A DNA stretch of 63,071 bases, filler included, from Collodictyon triciliatum (Eukaryota), in the NCBI GenBank assembly GCA_043381765.1. It is 5 parts of 5 records of this genome, joined end to end, with 100 filler letters (N's around TTAATTAATTAA, not from the genome) between each part and the next. Parts side by side here need not be neighbours in the genome. Positions count along the whole stretch, not along the records: positions 1 to 20,604 come from JBHJMP010001224.1; positions 20,705 to 41,276 come from JBHJMP010001226.1; 3 more parts are not named here. One strand, 5' to 3'. A program made the position numbers and the translations under genes. This document shows, piece after piece, positions 13,404 through 31,838 of the stretch. Below the pieces are notes generated by a model. The model ran no database searches and was not told the origin of the DNA. It worked only from the letters and a program-made list of their open reading frames with translations. Position 1 is the first letter of the stretch. Every line of letters begins with the position of its first letter.

Positions 13404-15897
13404 TCAATGTGTGTTTTGCTTGTTGGTTAGTCGAATTCTATGGCTATCATCGTCAAATTGAATAATCACGCTTTTCCAAATTATTCCTATCTGTTCAATC
13501 AGGTCACTAGAAAAATATGACATTTTCGTTATAAATGAAAGTTGATTCTGAGTGAACTCCCAACGCAGCATTTTATGTATAAGTATATGTAAAAAAAAAT
13601 AAAATAATTTAACATATGACTTCGGTGGATAGTTTTTGCTAAATTCCTTATATTTCAACATTGATGTTTTACTCGTGGTATTACTTAGATACCAATGCGA
13701 TAACTGCGCATTCAAAAGTCAGAATAAAAATTAGAATGTATAATATTATGATGGGGACTTCTTTTTTAAAAGTTTTAAAATAGCAAAGCTAATTCTAATT
13801 AACAAGATTTAGGGAACAGAGGATAATTTTTGCACTATATTGTTGTTAATGCTTATCTGTCTTAGAGTGAGTTTAATGGTACAAGCCATATAAGAGTTAA
13901 AGCGCATGGTTTTATTATTCAAGAATGATATAATATTGATCAATAGGAAGTGTATAAAATTAGTACAAGATGTAATTATTTAAGATTTATTTACATTTTT
14001 ATTTTCTATTATTTGACTTAATTATTGATTTTCAAAAAAAAAAGCTCAAATAATGATTTCACATCGTTTTATCAACTTTGAGAGAATAATTGAATATTTT
14101 TATCCGGTTTAAAATTTATTTGGTAATTATTAAATGTAATTCACTCAGAGTGGGTGGAAAAAGTTCTTGTTAGCTGGCATTGCGTGTTAAAAGGTTCGAA
14201 ATCTGCTATTATGCCAGTTTCCAAGATTGGTGACGCATGAGAAGAACTAGAATATTTGATTTCATTAAATAATCTAATCAATAAGTTTGATTAAAATAGT
14301 AAGCCACACTACGTGTTTTTCCTGAGCAGAAGTGTTTTCAATTCAAACTTCCATTTTAGAAACCTAGAGTTTGGTAGTGCATGAGAGTTTATTGAAAAGT
14401 ATGTATAATTGGGTGCTTGAAAATATTTAAACCAAAATACATACTTTCCGACTTTCACAGAAACATCAAATCCAAGTATTCTCTGTTGATATTAGTTACA
14501 TTTTGTCTCCAGAAAGACTCATTAATATATCATGTAAATAGCGATTCCATGTGATTAGATAAGGCTAGCAAGATTAAAAGTACCATGATTTCACGCTCTA
14601 TCAAATTCATATCGATTATAGATTCTAGACCCAGACTCTCAAGTAAATCTACATTCCTATCATCACTCTGGTTTAATCATACAGCTACAAATAGAAAATT
14701 GAACTTTTCTTACCAAATACATAAATCAGTCCATGTTTTGACAGTAAGATTGAAGCAACCAATCAGGATACGTTTCCAGGTTCTCATGTTGACAGTTTCC
14801 GAAGTAGTGTAGATATTGTGGAAGTAAATCAGAGCAAGTACGTTAAAATCGACATTAAGAAGCTGCCAGAAATAAATTTCAGAATAAAATAGACTCGATA
14901 AAGCATTAAAATATTCCGCATATCAAAAAAGGAGTTGTTGCGTTTATATATTTTATCTAATTAATATTACATTTGTGCTGTTGTAAATATCTGTCACTAC
15001 ATCGGTTATATGATGTTCGCTGATGCATTCTGAATAAGGCCACTACATTTTTACTTATTTTAATTAAAACGACATCTTGAATAAATTGGTCTGAATAAGT
15101 AATAGCAATCCCTTATACTTTAGTTGGGTGGATGACTTCATCAAAAATATTAGTGAGCGTGGGTTCCTCCTCGAAGATGGATTGCGCCGTTATAATGTGG
15201 TGTAAAACTATGGATATACTGTACAATGTTGTAGTTTGTGCGCAGAATAAATATGTTAGAATTTAATTAATCTGAATGGTACAAGATAAAACCGAATGCC
15301 TTTTTATGCTCTCAGCTTCTTCGACGCTCTTTGTTTGCAAAATGACTGGGTGCGTGGTGGATATTGAATTGCATCTTTTTAGATTATTCGTAAAATCGAT
15401 TTTTTCTATCACTGTTAAAAAGATTGTGATGGTCATTTGACAAACGTAATTAAAGGAAAGACGATGTTTTGATTATTTTGATTAGTTATATGTCTTAGTT
15501 ATTTTAATTATTCTGATCATCATTATTTTTTAAGTTCCCTTATGTATTTAGATTTCAATTCATTCCCACTTTCTGTGTTGCAGGTCTGATTGAGCGCGTG
15601 ATAATCATCCATATTTAGAGTACGGAACAATTCATCCACCGACTGAATGTCATTCGTGATGGTTTCGCAAAATACTCCTCTGCATGCACTTAAACTGAAT
15701 TCACTAATGTTGGTAACCTCAGATTCTCCTTTAGTCCCGGAGTTGAAAAATCCGCGTGGTAAAACCTTATCGAAATCATGAATGTTACATTTGGTTGCTA
15801 GATTCTGCACCAACTTTGTGGGCAACCTAGGAGGCTCGTCAGAATGATTGCCACCAGAGGCTTCATGGTTGCCAATCCTTGAAATGATGTTTCCCAT
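13404..15897 (-). CDS. Divergent cyclin-Y-like protein, multi-exon (3' end uncertain)
   Basis: Starts MGNIIS (myristoylation-type). Exons give KRCNSIST, SIVLHHII..NIFDEVIHP, LALIYF, TWKRILIGCFNLTVKTWTDLCIW, DMNLIEREIM and RILGFDVSV, paralleling the cyclin Y motifs IFDE..HP, WKRIVLG..LASKVWDD and DMNELER. Confidence 0.7.
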
Positions 15898-16606
15898 ACT
15901 GTTCAATAGTCGACTTGGCGAGTCTAAAAAGTTATATTCATCTGCTTTTAAAATGCTTTCTATCAAGCAAAATCTCGACATTTCTCTGTATCAACTGACT
16001 TCCGGCGTGGTTGAATAAATCCAAACACACGCTCAAAGTAGAAACTGTGCGCTTGATTACTTCACACTCAATGTGCTCCGCGTGAACAGCCTTAATGATG
16101 CATCGTGTGAACGCGACCGACACATCTCACTTTTCATGAGTGCGAAGGGCAACTCCTGAATTCCAACTTTTATAGACGGAAAGAAGAAAAGAAGAAAATA
16201 AAAGACAAACGTGTCCAAACCGAAATCAGTAAACCTGACTGAGCGCAATATCCACGAACGAGTGACGTCGGTCATATCACAAAGGCAGGTGATTTTGCGC
16301 AATTAAAACACACTTGGCATCTGTGGTAGTTGAAAAGCAGGAAAAACCTTATCCACCCGAAGATGTATGCTTTCACACCAAAATATTAAAATAGAGCAAA
16401 GGCCAGTCAAGGAACGACCGGGCTTCAAACACCCTTCCGAACCAGTACACTGCGATGCTTCAAGGTAATGATTGCATTGCTTCCTTTGTTTTTTCATGGA
16501 AAGTTTATTGTATTTTTTTTTCTCTGTGTAGAAATAAAGAGCGAGAAGATAGAAAGAGCAAAGCAGATATCAGATCGGAGTCGAGTCCTGCTTTGTATTG
16601 TGTGCT

Positions 16607-19600
16607 TTAGGCAGAATACTTTTCCATCGTGCGACGGAGATGCTCCTTGTAGGAGATAATGTCCCCTTGCCAGCGCTCTACTTTCTTCTTGTCACAAATC
16701 CAGATTTCTTTTGCGACTTGGTTGATAAGACGGAAGTCATGGCTCACGAGGACCATTCCTCCTTCGAAAGCTAAAAGCGATTGGATTCCATTTCAGTATC
16801 TCTTTAAAATCAATATGCATATTTGACATGAAAAGTATGGCGGGTGTATTCCAAACCGTTAATGGCTTCGGCAAGGGAGTCGATTGTTTCCATGTCCAAG
16901 TGATTTGTCGGTTCATCGAGAAGAAGCTTTGGATTGTATGATTAGGGTTGAGCACCGAAAGAATACACTTTGGATGACGATTGCGTATTTTTCATTTATA
17001 AATGTGATATAGAATAAAATGTTGGTTTTTTTGGTTTGTTACAGTTTCATAGTTCCACCATAAAGTATAGGAGCTATTGGGAGTTTTGATAACTGTGCTT
17101 GACTTACCAAGTGAGGGTTACGCAGAACCAATGTAACAAAGACAAGTCTACTCTTCTGACCATCAGAAAGTGTGCGAATCTGCAAGGATTTACGGTGATG
17201 ATCACGATTGGGAATATTAAATTGATAAGTAAAGATAAATGCGCGAGTGAGCAAATATATAAGTAAATTCAATCCATGGTTTGATGTGCAATGACAAACA
17301 AGAGGATTGTGTAACTGATAGCTAAATTTCATACCGGAGATGTCTGTGCTGTGCCCGTAAGACCAAAGCGACCGATTTGACTTCTCCACTCTTGGTACTC
17401 ATAGAGATCGGGATATGTCTGACAATGTAAGACAGAGATGCGTGATTGTAAAACTGGAGAATACAATTATATGGCGACATATGATGTGAGTTCATACGTT
17501 CGTAAGTAATAGGTAAATAGAATGAATGCGCACTTTCATCATGTAATCCATCGGACTTAAGTCCATATCAAGGGTATCCGTCAAGTGCTGGTGGTACCGC
17601 GCGATGCGCAAATGGGTGTTCCGTTTAACCTAATTTGTGTTTTTTTTTTATTTCAGCTCTATCTTCACTCATCGAAAAAGAAAAGAGAAAAAAAAAAAAA
17701 AAGAGAAAGCTACAAAAAAACAAATAAGCATGTATCTAATGCACAGCTATCTCATACCTGCCCATCGATGGGCACAAGGTCACCAACCATAAGCTTCAAA
17801 AGAGTTGATTTTCCTGCTCCGTTGGGGCCGACCTGTCAATAGATATATTGATGATTCAACTTTGCTCTGAAGATTTGGGTGCATGACCGTGAGATGTATC
17901 ATATATTACACGAATTAATAACAATAAAAAAAAATACCAAGGCAATGCGAGAATCAAGGTCCACACCAAAGTCAAGTTTTGAGTACAGGATGCCTTTCTC
18001 GCTTTTAGGATATCCAAAAGTCACTCCTGCATTAGAGATTGGGTTTTATGATTACAGCTAATAACATACATGACTTGAAAAAAATCGTAGAGATGTGACT
18101 GCTCATTGTCTGAATGGGATAAAAGAAATTTGTCTAGGAGCCCACCAACAAATTGAAGCACGGGTGGAGGGAGTTTGCCGCAGTCATTAAAGCGGAAACT
18201 AAGAACCTTCTCCTTCGTGACTCTTTCTGTGAGTCCGGCCTTTTGAAGAATTAAATAAAATTTTTTTAGTATAATAGGACAACGATGAGAAATTAATTTG
18301 GCATCAGGGGAATTATAAGTAGTATTTTAAACATCTCACTGCTTGCATTTTAGCCAAAACTTTCTCCTTGCTTTGGGCCTGACGAGCAAGTTTTGCGGAA
18401 CCGTGGCCGAAGCGTGCGATGTAGTCCTTTATGTAAGCAAACAGAGCGAGTAAGCCCATAAAGATAATACGTCTTCTTTCGAATTGACGGATACAGATTA
18501 CATGCTCGCTAAATTTGGTCAAAGAAATATACTTTCATGTGTGTAATCTGGTCCTGCTCCCAATTGTACTTTTTCATCTGATTTTCCTCAAGCTCCTCGC
18601 GTGTGCGAACATATGTATCGTAGTCACCTATATGACACAACAGCCGTGTCAGAAACTCAATGAGAAACGAACGGCATTGATACTTTAGAAAAAAAATGAA
18701 AGATTCGTGAATTTACCCGTGAAAGTTGACAACGTCTGAAGTCTCATGAGCAGAATATTTGAACAAACGCCATTTAAAAAGTCTTGAGAATGCGAAATGA
18801 TGACCAGAATACGCTTGAAATTTTTCAAATACTCTTCAAGCCACACGCATGCCTCCAGATCTGTTTGGAAAAATACGCAGGGTGTAAAATGCCATTAGGT
18901 TTGGATGACAAAATGCTATTCGATGCATGTATTCAACAGGTGTACCCAGATGGTTGGTGGGCTCATCCAAAAGAAGCAGTGCAGGAGACACGAAGAGCGC
19001 CTTAGCCAGAGCGATACGCATTCTCCAGCCTCCAGAGAATTCCCTATTTACGGAGACAAAAAAGAAAAAAAGGATTATAATTTCAAATGAAATGGTATAG
19101 CACAGCATGCCTTTCATTTACCAAAAATAAAAATATAAAATGATATAAAATAAATGTATATGAAAAGCATGTACTTTGTGGCTTTGGCTTGCATAGCCTT
19201 CGTGAATCCGAGACCAAAAAGGATTTCGCCTGCACGCTTGGGGGCTACTTCCAAATCGAGTTCGTCCAGTCTGTCAAAAACATCCTGTAAGCGGTCTTGG
19301 ACAGAATCCTGGTCATCCACGGCAGACTACATGGAAGTGAAAATTTGGGGCAACGGGTCAAATGAGAGGGTGTTTATCGAACTGAAATATACACTTCAAC
19401 CAGTCATTTGTGGAGTGGCAACACTTGATGCCATAAAGTGAACTGAATATGTAAATGATCTTTACTAGCGATTCGGCTTCTGCCTCCAAACGGATGCGCT
19501 CAGCTTCGACATCCTCAAGAACAGCTTCCAGAGCAGTTTTTGAAGAAGCTGGTACTTCGCGATCGAGAAGATAGATGTCTACAAAGAAAAATAGTGGTAT

Positions 19601-20242
19601 CTAATTGAGTAGAGAACGCCTTGTATGATCAGATGAATCCACTACAAGAGACCAAAAACGCACCGATGTGTTTGGGAATGGGCACTTCCCGCTCAGCTAA
19701 GCACTTCAAAAAAGTTGTTTTGCCTGGAAAAAGAAAACACGTGAGTCCAACTGCGGCAGACAATACAAAGGAAAACGCCGAATTTGCGAGCAAGTATTTA
19801 CCGCATCCGTTTCGCCCAATGAGACCGTATCTTCGTCCATAGTTGAGTTCAATGATTGCATCCGTGACTAATTCCTGACCATAGCAACCGAGGGAGAAGT
19901 TGTCGATGCGAATGTCGCGTGAAAGCGGATGTGAGGCCAACACCCCTGCGCATCGAATGGGACATGAGATTGCTTAGATATAGCTCCGCGGTGTAAAGAA
20001 CCTGGCGAACCCTCGGATGACAATTGTAAAAGGAAGGAAAAAGAAAAGAAAAGAAAAATAAAAGGAGGCAAGAAAGAAAAGATAACATAAAGGCATGTTA
20101 AGAGAAAGAAAAAAAAGACACAGGAGAATTGTACCTGTGACTGAGCGAGGTGAAATCGAGGATTCTGCCACAGCTTCGGCCAGCCGCTCGACAGCAGGTG
20201 AACTTGACTCCGCAGATGGAGAAGAGGCTTCGGCTTTTCCAC
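16607..20242 (-). CDS. ABCF2: ABC-F family ATPase ABCF2/ARB1 (first exon lost in the gap)
   Basis: [101 protein letters not shown] and [13 protein letters not shown]; stop at 16607-16609. Confidence 0.97.
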
Positions 20243-20648
20243 CTGCGAGCAATTCTTTTCATGAGGGCAGGATCGGCAATTTTGTATTCCACAGTTAAGT
20301 GTACAAGGGAAGGCGCTGGTGTAACAAAGTAACTGAGAGTGTACAGCGAAGAAAAAGAAGGATATGAAAGGGGGAAAAAAACAAGGCTATTGAAGAGGCT
20401 TGNNNNNNNNNNNNNNNNNNNNNNNNNNNNNNNNNNNNNNNNNNNNNNNNNNNNNNNNNNNNNNNNNNNNNNNNNNNNNNNNNNNNNNNNNNNNNNNNNN
20501 NNNNNNNNNNNNNNNNNNNNNNAAAAAAAAAAAAAAAAAAAAAAACGGGGCAAATATTCTCAAGAGGGGGGTGTGGGACCTCTAACAGAACTTTTTTTTT
20601 TTTTNNNNNNNNNNNNNNNNNNNNNNNNNNNNNNNNNNNNNNNNNNNN

Positions 20649-20660
20649 TTAATTAATTAA
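20649..20660. other. Artificial contig-joining linker TTAATTAATTAA within N runs
   Basis: Identical palindromic six-frame-stop 12-mer embedded in N spacers at four places in the window. Confidence 0.95.
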
Positions 20661-20703
20661 NNNNNNNNNNNNNNNNNNNNNNNNNNNNNNNNNNNNNNNN
20701 NNN

Positions 20704-20704
20704 N

Positions 20705-20801
<97 letters not shown>
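20704..20801. repeat. (TAGA)n microsatellite in a Vti1 intron at the contig end
   Basis: Perfect tetranucleotide run. Confidence 0.98.
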
Positions 20802-20824
20802 GTGAATTCTGATATATGACTCAC

Positions 20825-21423
20825 ACTAATGTCAGCATTTGTAGAGTCGAAGAGATCGTTGCGCGCATTGGATGCTGAAGCGCCTGCGGCTTTGCGAATA
20901 TCACTCCGAATCTTCGCCACATCGTCTTTGTAAGCCTTCACTTTCGAGCTGCGCGAAGACTTCTTCTCTCCCGTCATCGATCGTGTCTCCAGGTCCATTT
21001 GTTGCACCTACGTTAAAAGCAGCATGTGGTGGATGCGAAGCGACTATGAGTGAGGATCGAGCGAAGTTTGCCCAGAAAGAAAATAATGAATTAGCACCCA
21101 GTTCCAAAATGATGCTTACAAGGCTTTCCAAGTCCATCAGGTCGTTTTCGGCCTTCTTGAGGGTTGCTTTGCGGCGTTCTTGCGATCGAAGGAATGAGGG
21201 ATGCATTATACGAAGAAAAAGAATAGAGTGTTTAAAAAAGAACACTTGGGATGAAAAACTAGGTTGCAGGCCAAGGAAGATATATAAAATATGGCGGTGA
21301 GAGTAGGAGCAGCAAGGAAAGAGAAATACCGCCAGTTTCGCGGTTGATCGACTCGAGGACGCGGTTAAGAGAAGTCTTTGACGCGAGAAACTCGCTTTCG
21401 TATGCGCTGAACGTGTCCGACAT
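20825..21423 (-). CDS. VTI1: Vti1-family Qb-SNARE, N-terminal Habc part (3' end truncated by the gap)
   Basis: MSDTFSAYESEF...ERRKATLKKAENDLMDLESL|VQQMDLETRSM...KVKAYKDD...R..LF matches the V-SNARE N-terminal domain; three exons with GT-AG introns. Confidence 0.88.
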
Positions 21424-22102
21424 TGCTTCGCTGCTTTGTGTTTTTGGTTACGATTGATGTTTGCTTGCAATGCGATCGGGTCTTCGGCTTTGCTTGCTTT
21501 TTCTTCGTTTTGCTTCGTCATAGTCTTTCCGGCTGTGATCAAGTCGTGGTGGTTTGTTCGATCTGCGCTGCGCAAGAGCGAAAGAGATCGATCTGATTCA
21601 CAAAACTGGAGAATGGTGGCTAAATGTTATAAGATTTATATAAAATGATGAAATAGTAGCAAGCATATGATGCACCAATCATGTTTGGGAGTAAAATAAA
21701 ATAATTGTTATATATTCCAAGTTTAAATAGTTTCACCGGATTTTCTGCTCTGGTTTTGATCAACCCGACGCCCAGGGAACAAAATCGTGCAAAACAGTCA
21801 AATCAACCAAGTTCGCTTTTCCAAGATTAAAAGCATCATTCAACTCCAACACAACAAAGCGCAAAGCGCGGCCGAAGCTCCGTTACATTGTTTTTTTACT
21901 TTTACTTTTTTTTTTTTACTGCGGCAAAAATACTCGCCAATTATTTCGACAGGAAACCCCGACCAAAGTCTCTGTGTGGAGCGAATCCGTGCGAATCCTT
22001 CCCCCAAAAAAAAACACCAAAAAAAAAACAAAAACTTCAAGGTTGCAGGAGAAAGAAAAGCCGGAATCAAAAAGGAAACGAAGAAAGAGAAGAGACGTCA
22101 CG

Positions 22103-22714
22103 ATGGCAACCACCACACCCGAGGATCTGAGTAAACTTGTGCACGCCAAACTGACACAACTTCAAGAAGAGACCACTGTTGCGATAAGCGACGAGGCCTT
22201 TGGTTAGCATATCTCTTTTGCCTTCACTTTGTTTTTCTGGTAATTTAGTCGCAAACAACACCAGTTTGTCAGACTCTCAGGCCTCCCTCTGAATAAACGC
22301 ACATTCCATAGACAAGCAGACGAAACGTGATTTGAAAGAGATCAAAACTTTCCTTCAGTCTACAAAGACACCCGAAGAGAAGATAACAGAATTGGGCCAG
22401 CGCGTCACAAATGCCGTACGCCTTTCACTCGCTTTTTTCTTCCTGAACCGACGCATTCAGATATAGCAATCTTGATATATATATTTTAAAAAGAAGATAA
22501 ACTTTGACACAAAACACAGACAAGAAACGGTAGGCTCAGGGAACTAAAATCCTCTCAAATCTTAGATCACACTTCTGAACAAAAAGCATCAGGAAATGAC
22601 GTCCACAAAGATCAAGGCAGAAAGAATCAGCAAGGAGCGTGATATACGTAATTTACTCCGTTTCACATTTTCGCAATTAAGATGTGAGATTGTATCAACA
22701 TTAGGTCTTAACCA

Positions 22715-22785
<71 letters not shown>

Positions 22786-24575
22786 TGTAATTCTCTTCTG
22801 TTTGCCCCATTATTTCCTGTCACTGGTTTCAGTTGCTGCTGAGACACTCAGAGACAAGGAGAAGATTTCTAAGCTAGAGAATCTTGCACGTGAACTTCAA
22901 AAGCACAACAAAGCAGTGATGGTAAATATAAAAAACATTAAACGAAACTAAAAAAAAAAAGCGCGCTCAGAAAAAAATTTTATTTCCAAATTATATGATG
23001 CACACTTTCCTATATACATTATAATGATGTATGAAATAACCGCCTTTAGGAAGAATCAGCAGCATTTCGCGCATCCGAACAGCAGAAAAGACAAGAAATG
23101 GGCGACCAAGTGAGCAAAACCCTCGAAGAGCTACGGGCTAAAATGGACGAGCAAGATGAGGAGAGAACCCGAGTTGCCCAGGAGAATGAGACGTATGAAA
23201 AATATGAACGAAAGATAATTTTTTTTTTAAAAAAGAAGGAAAAAAGACAAGAAATGGATTCAAATATATTTAGTTCCTGGAAATGTATGAAACATGATGA
23301 CAAAATAACAATTAAATCAAACAAGATTGCGCACGAAGCTTCGAGAGCTGATCACACAGTATGAATTGCACGAACAACAAACAGGAAAGATGATAGAAGC
23401 CAAGGTTAAGAATGATTGAAAACATTGCTCTGAGACCTTTTTTTAATCCCATGAATGATTTTCGTTACTAGAGTATCTGCTGTTATTTTATCCCACTACA
23501 TCAATAATTTGGCCAGGAAATTGTAGTATTTGGTGATGAGTTGAGAGGTTCTCCGTACCTTTTGGATACATTGAGCTATCTACATCTACTCACTCATTAT
23601 TGTTCCTTTCTTTACTGAACTAATTTAGGAACTGGAAAAGAAAATTTCAGAGATGAAAATGATGCAAGCTGAGGAGCTTGCCAGTAGGACTGCAATGAAG
23701 GTATGTTGGATCGTCTATTCAAAGTTTCAAAAAATCGAATGCCATCATCATTTTCATAATGAGATTCTGAATCCTGGAAGATGGCTAAACTTCTGAATGT
23801 CTTGTCTCTTGAAAACAACAACTTTCCTTTGTGTTTACGAGAAAGCACTCGACTTCGTTTTTTTCTGAAAGAAAATGACGAAATCAATAAATATTAGAGC
23901 GAAATGGAATTGAAGATTCATAAAGAAACCATCGAAGCATATGCAAAGCGTGAAAAGGATTTTCAGGATGTGATTGCTGAATACAAGAAGCAATTGACCA
24001 TGTATCAGGAAGCTATTCAATCAAACGCGAAGCATTTTGAAGAGATTAAAACAACCATACAATCAGTAAGTTATCAGTGGAACTACGTTTTTCCCCTTTC
24101 TCTCCATTTTTCCTTTTTGTTAATTTAAGTCGTTCTCAAAAGCTGAAGAAACACAACACGGAATTGGAAAAGGAAAACAAAGGCCTCAAGGAAAAATCAA
24201 AGCAGATGGACGTTCGTCTCGTCCAGAGCATCGCAGAGGTACATTCGTGATTTTTTTTTTAAAAAAAAACAGAAATAATAATAATAATTAAGATACAGTA
24301 AAATCAAATATAACTGAAAAATATTCTATTGATGATGAATTTTCTTTGTTGGTGATTATTTTTATGTAGACCATCAAACCACGCCTACTATCATGTCATA
24401 CTTCACACTCTGCACACTCTCACGCGTATATCATTTCGATCACTAGAATGAAACTCTCAAAAAAGAGAAGGAGAAGCTGAGCAATCTGAGCCGCGCTCTT
24501 CAAAAGAAGCTGCAGGACGCTACATCAGCATCAGCATCAGCATCACAAACTCAAACAGGTACTGCTGCTGAGTGA
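22103..24575 (+). CDS. Taxilin-family coiled-coil protein, multi-exon
   Basis: KLENLARELQKHNK, ENETLRTKLRELITQYELHE and C-terminal KLSNLSRALQ correspond to the taxilin signatures KLE.LCRELQ and KLE.LCRALQ. Confidence 0.88.
22714..22784. repeat. (AAAG)n microsatellite in a taxilin intron
   Basis: Perfect tetranucleotide run. Confidence 0.97.
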
Positions 24576-25172
24576 TAAGCAAGAAACCGACCACGGAGGA
24601 AAATAAAATAGGCCAAACAGATTGACAGAAAACCACAAATAATAAAACCGCAATATTTTTTGTTTTGTTTTTCATTTCCAACACAACGAAGAGGGGCTTT
24701 GAATACGCTTTTACGTTTTTCCTTGGCGCATTCCTCGCAAAAATGACGCCTCAATACTTTCTGTATGCGCACAACTTCTCGATGAAGCAGAACGCATGTT
24801 TCATCGTCATAACCATCGCACCCAACTGCGTTGCATGTGATGCTGAACAAAGCGTTTGCACAAAACTCAACTTTATTTGATGCTCCACATGAAAACCAAC
24901 AAAAAGAAAGGAAACAGGATTACGATTCAGTCAACGCGCGTCTAAGAAAAGTATTAAACATTCGGCCGGACAAAAAGGAAGTCAGCCATCCAAACATAAA
25001 ATAGTAGGAAACAGAGGAGATATTTTCCTGTGTGCGATAATAAAAACAGTAAAAGCAACAGAAGAAGCGAGGGGAAATTACTCAGCCACGCAGCAGCACA
25101 TAAGATGAAGTAAAAGATGGGCGGATTCGCTCGGCGTCGCATTCCTGACCGCCGCATTCCGATGCAATACGC

Positions 25173-30901
<5,729 letters not shown>

Positions 30902-31838
30902 GTTGTGTCCGTCCCTGTGATCAAGCAGTTATTGGCTGTGAGTCTGCTTCAAATCGCTTGACCGAAAGAAACGAAAAGAAACCGAAAAGAAACGAAAAGG
31001 CAGCGGAATCGATCCGCACTCTGACTCTATGATTCCTGTGTCACGGAACACAACACCAAACAAAGGCTCAAAAAATGGTGAAAGCAAATCAGCGCGCCTC
31101 TGTTGGGCGTGATAGTTTCTGCACAGAACACCAAGCGACAATAAGCCACAGGGCAAAGCGGGGAAAATGGAAAGGATATTGTTTTGCTTATCTTTGTTCT
31201 CTTTAGTTTTTCTTTGTTCCCCACCAATTCCGGTTGCTGTGTGAAGGCAGCCGATATTGCCGGGCTCTTCAAACAGCAACAGAATAAAAGACAGGGATGC
31301 GAAGGGCTTTGGGCTTGATTCGAGGATTTGTGGACTCTCGCTTACAGTGCCGCTCTTTTTTTTGGTGTTTTGTCCCTTCCGATCTGTTGGAGCGAAAATA
31401 AAACTCCAGATTGGGATGATATTCGTTTGTCCTGCTGCATTTAGGAAAGTCTTTCTCAGACATTTCCGCATTTGTAAGTGGGTTGACGATTTTCCAAGTA
31501 TGGTTAAATGACACCTCAACGGAAACACAGTGGCGTACTTTCAAAGAAAGCATCCGCATCGGGGAAAATTGACTCATTGGTGTGGTACCTTATGTGGATA
31601 AACTGCCGAGGGCGGATGCAATCCGTGGGTGTCTGTTTATTCTGCTGAATCTTGAATCAAAATATTTCTTGCAAAAAAGTGGAAAAAGTAAAAAAAAAAC
31701 GAAAAAGAAAAACGAAAAAGAAAAATGAAAAAGAAAAATGAAAAAAAATGAGGATATTGTTACTTCGGCTGCATGTTTTTTTTGGCATGATTTGCTCAAT
31801 TCTTTTTTCTTTGTACGCATGACGGTAATTTGTGACAA

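Noticed and set aside
14764-14771. GTATCCTG as a U12-type donor on the minus strand
   Set aside because: It lies inside the cyclin exon (WKRILIG); the real donor is the GTAAGA further downstream.
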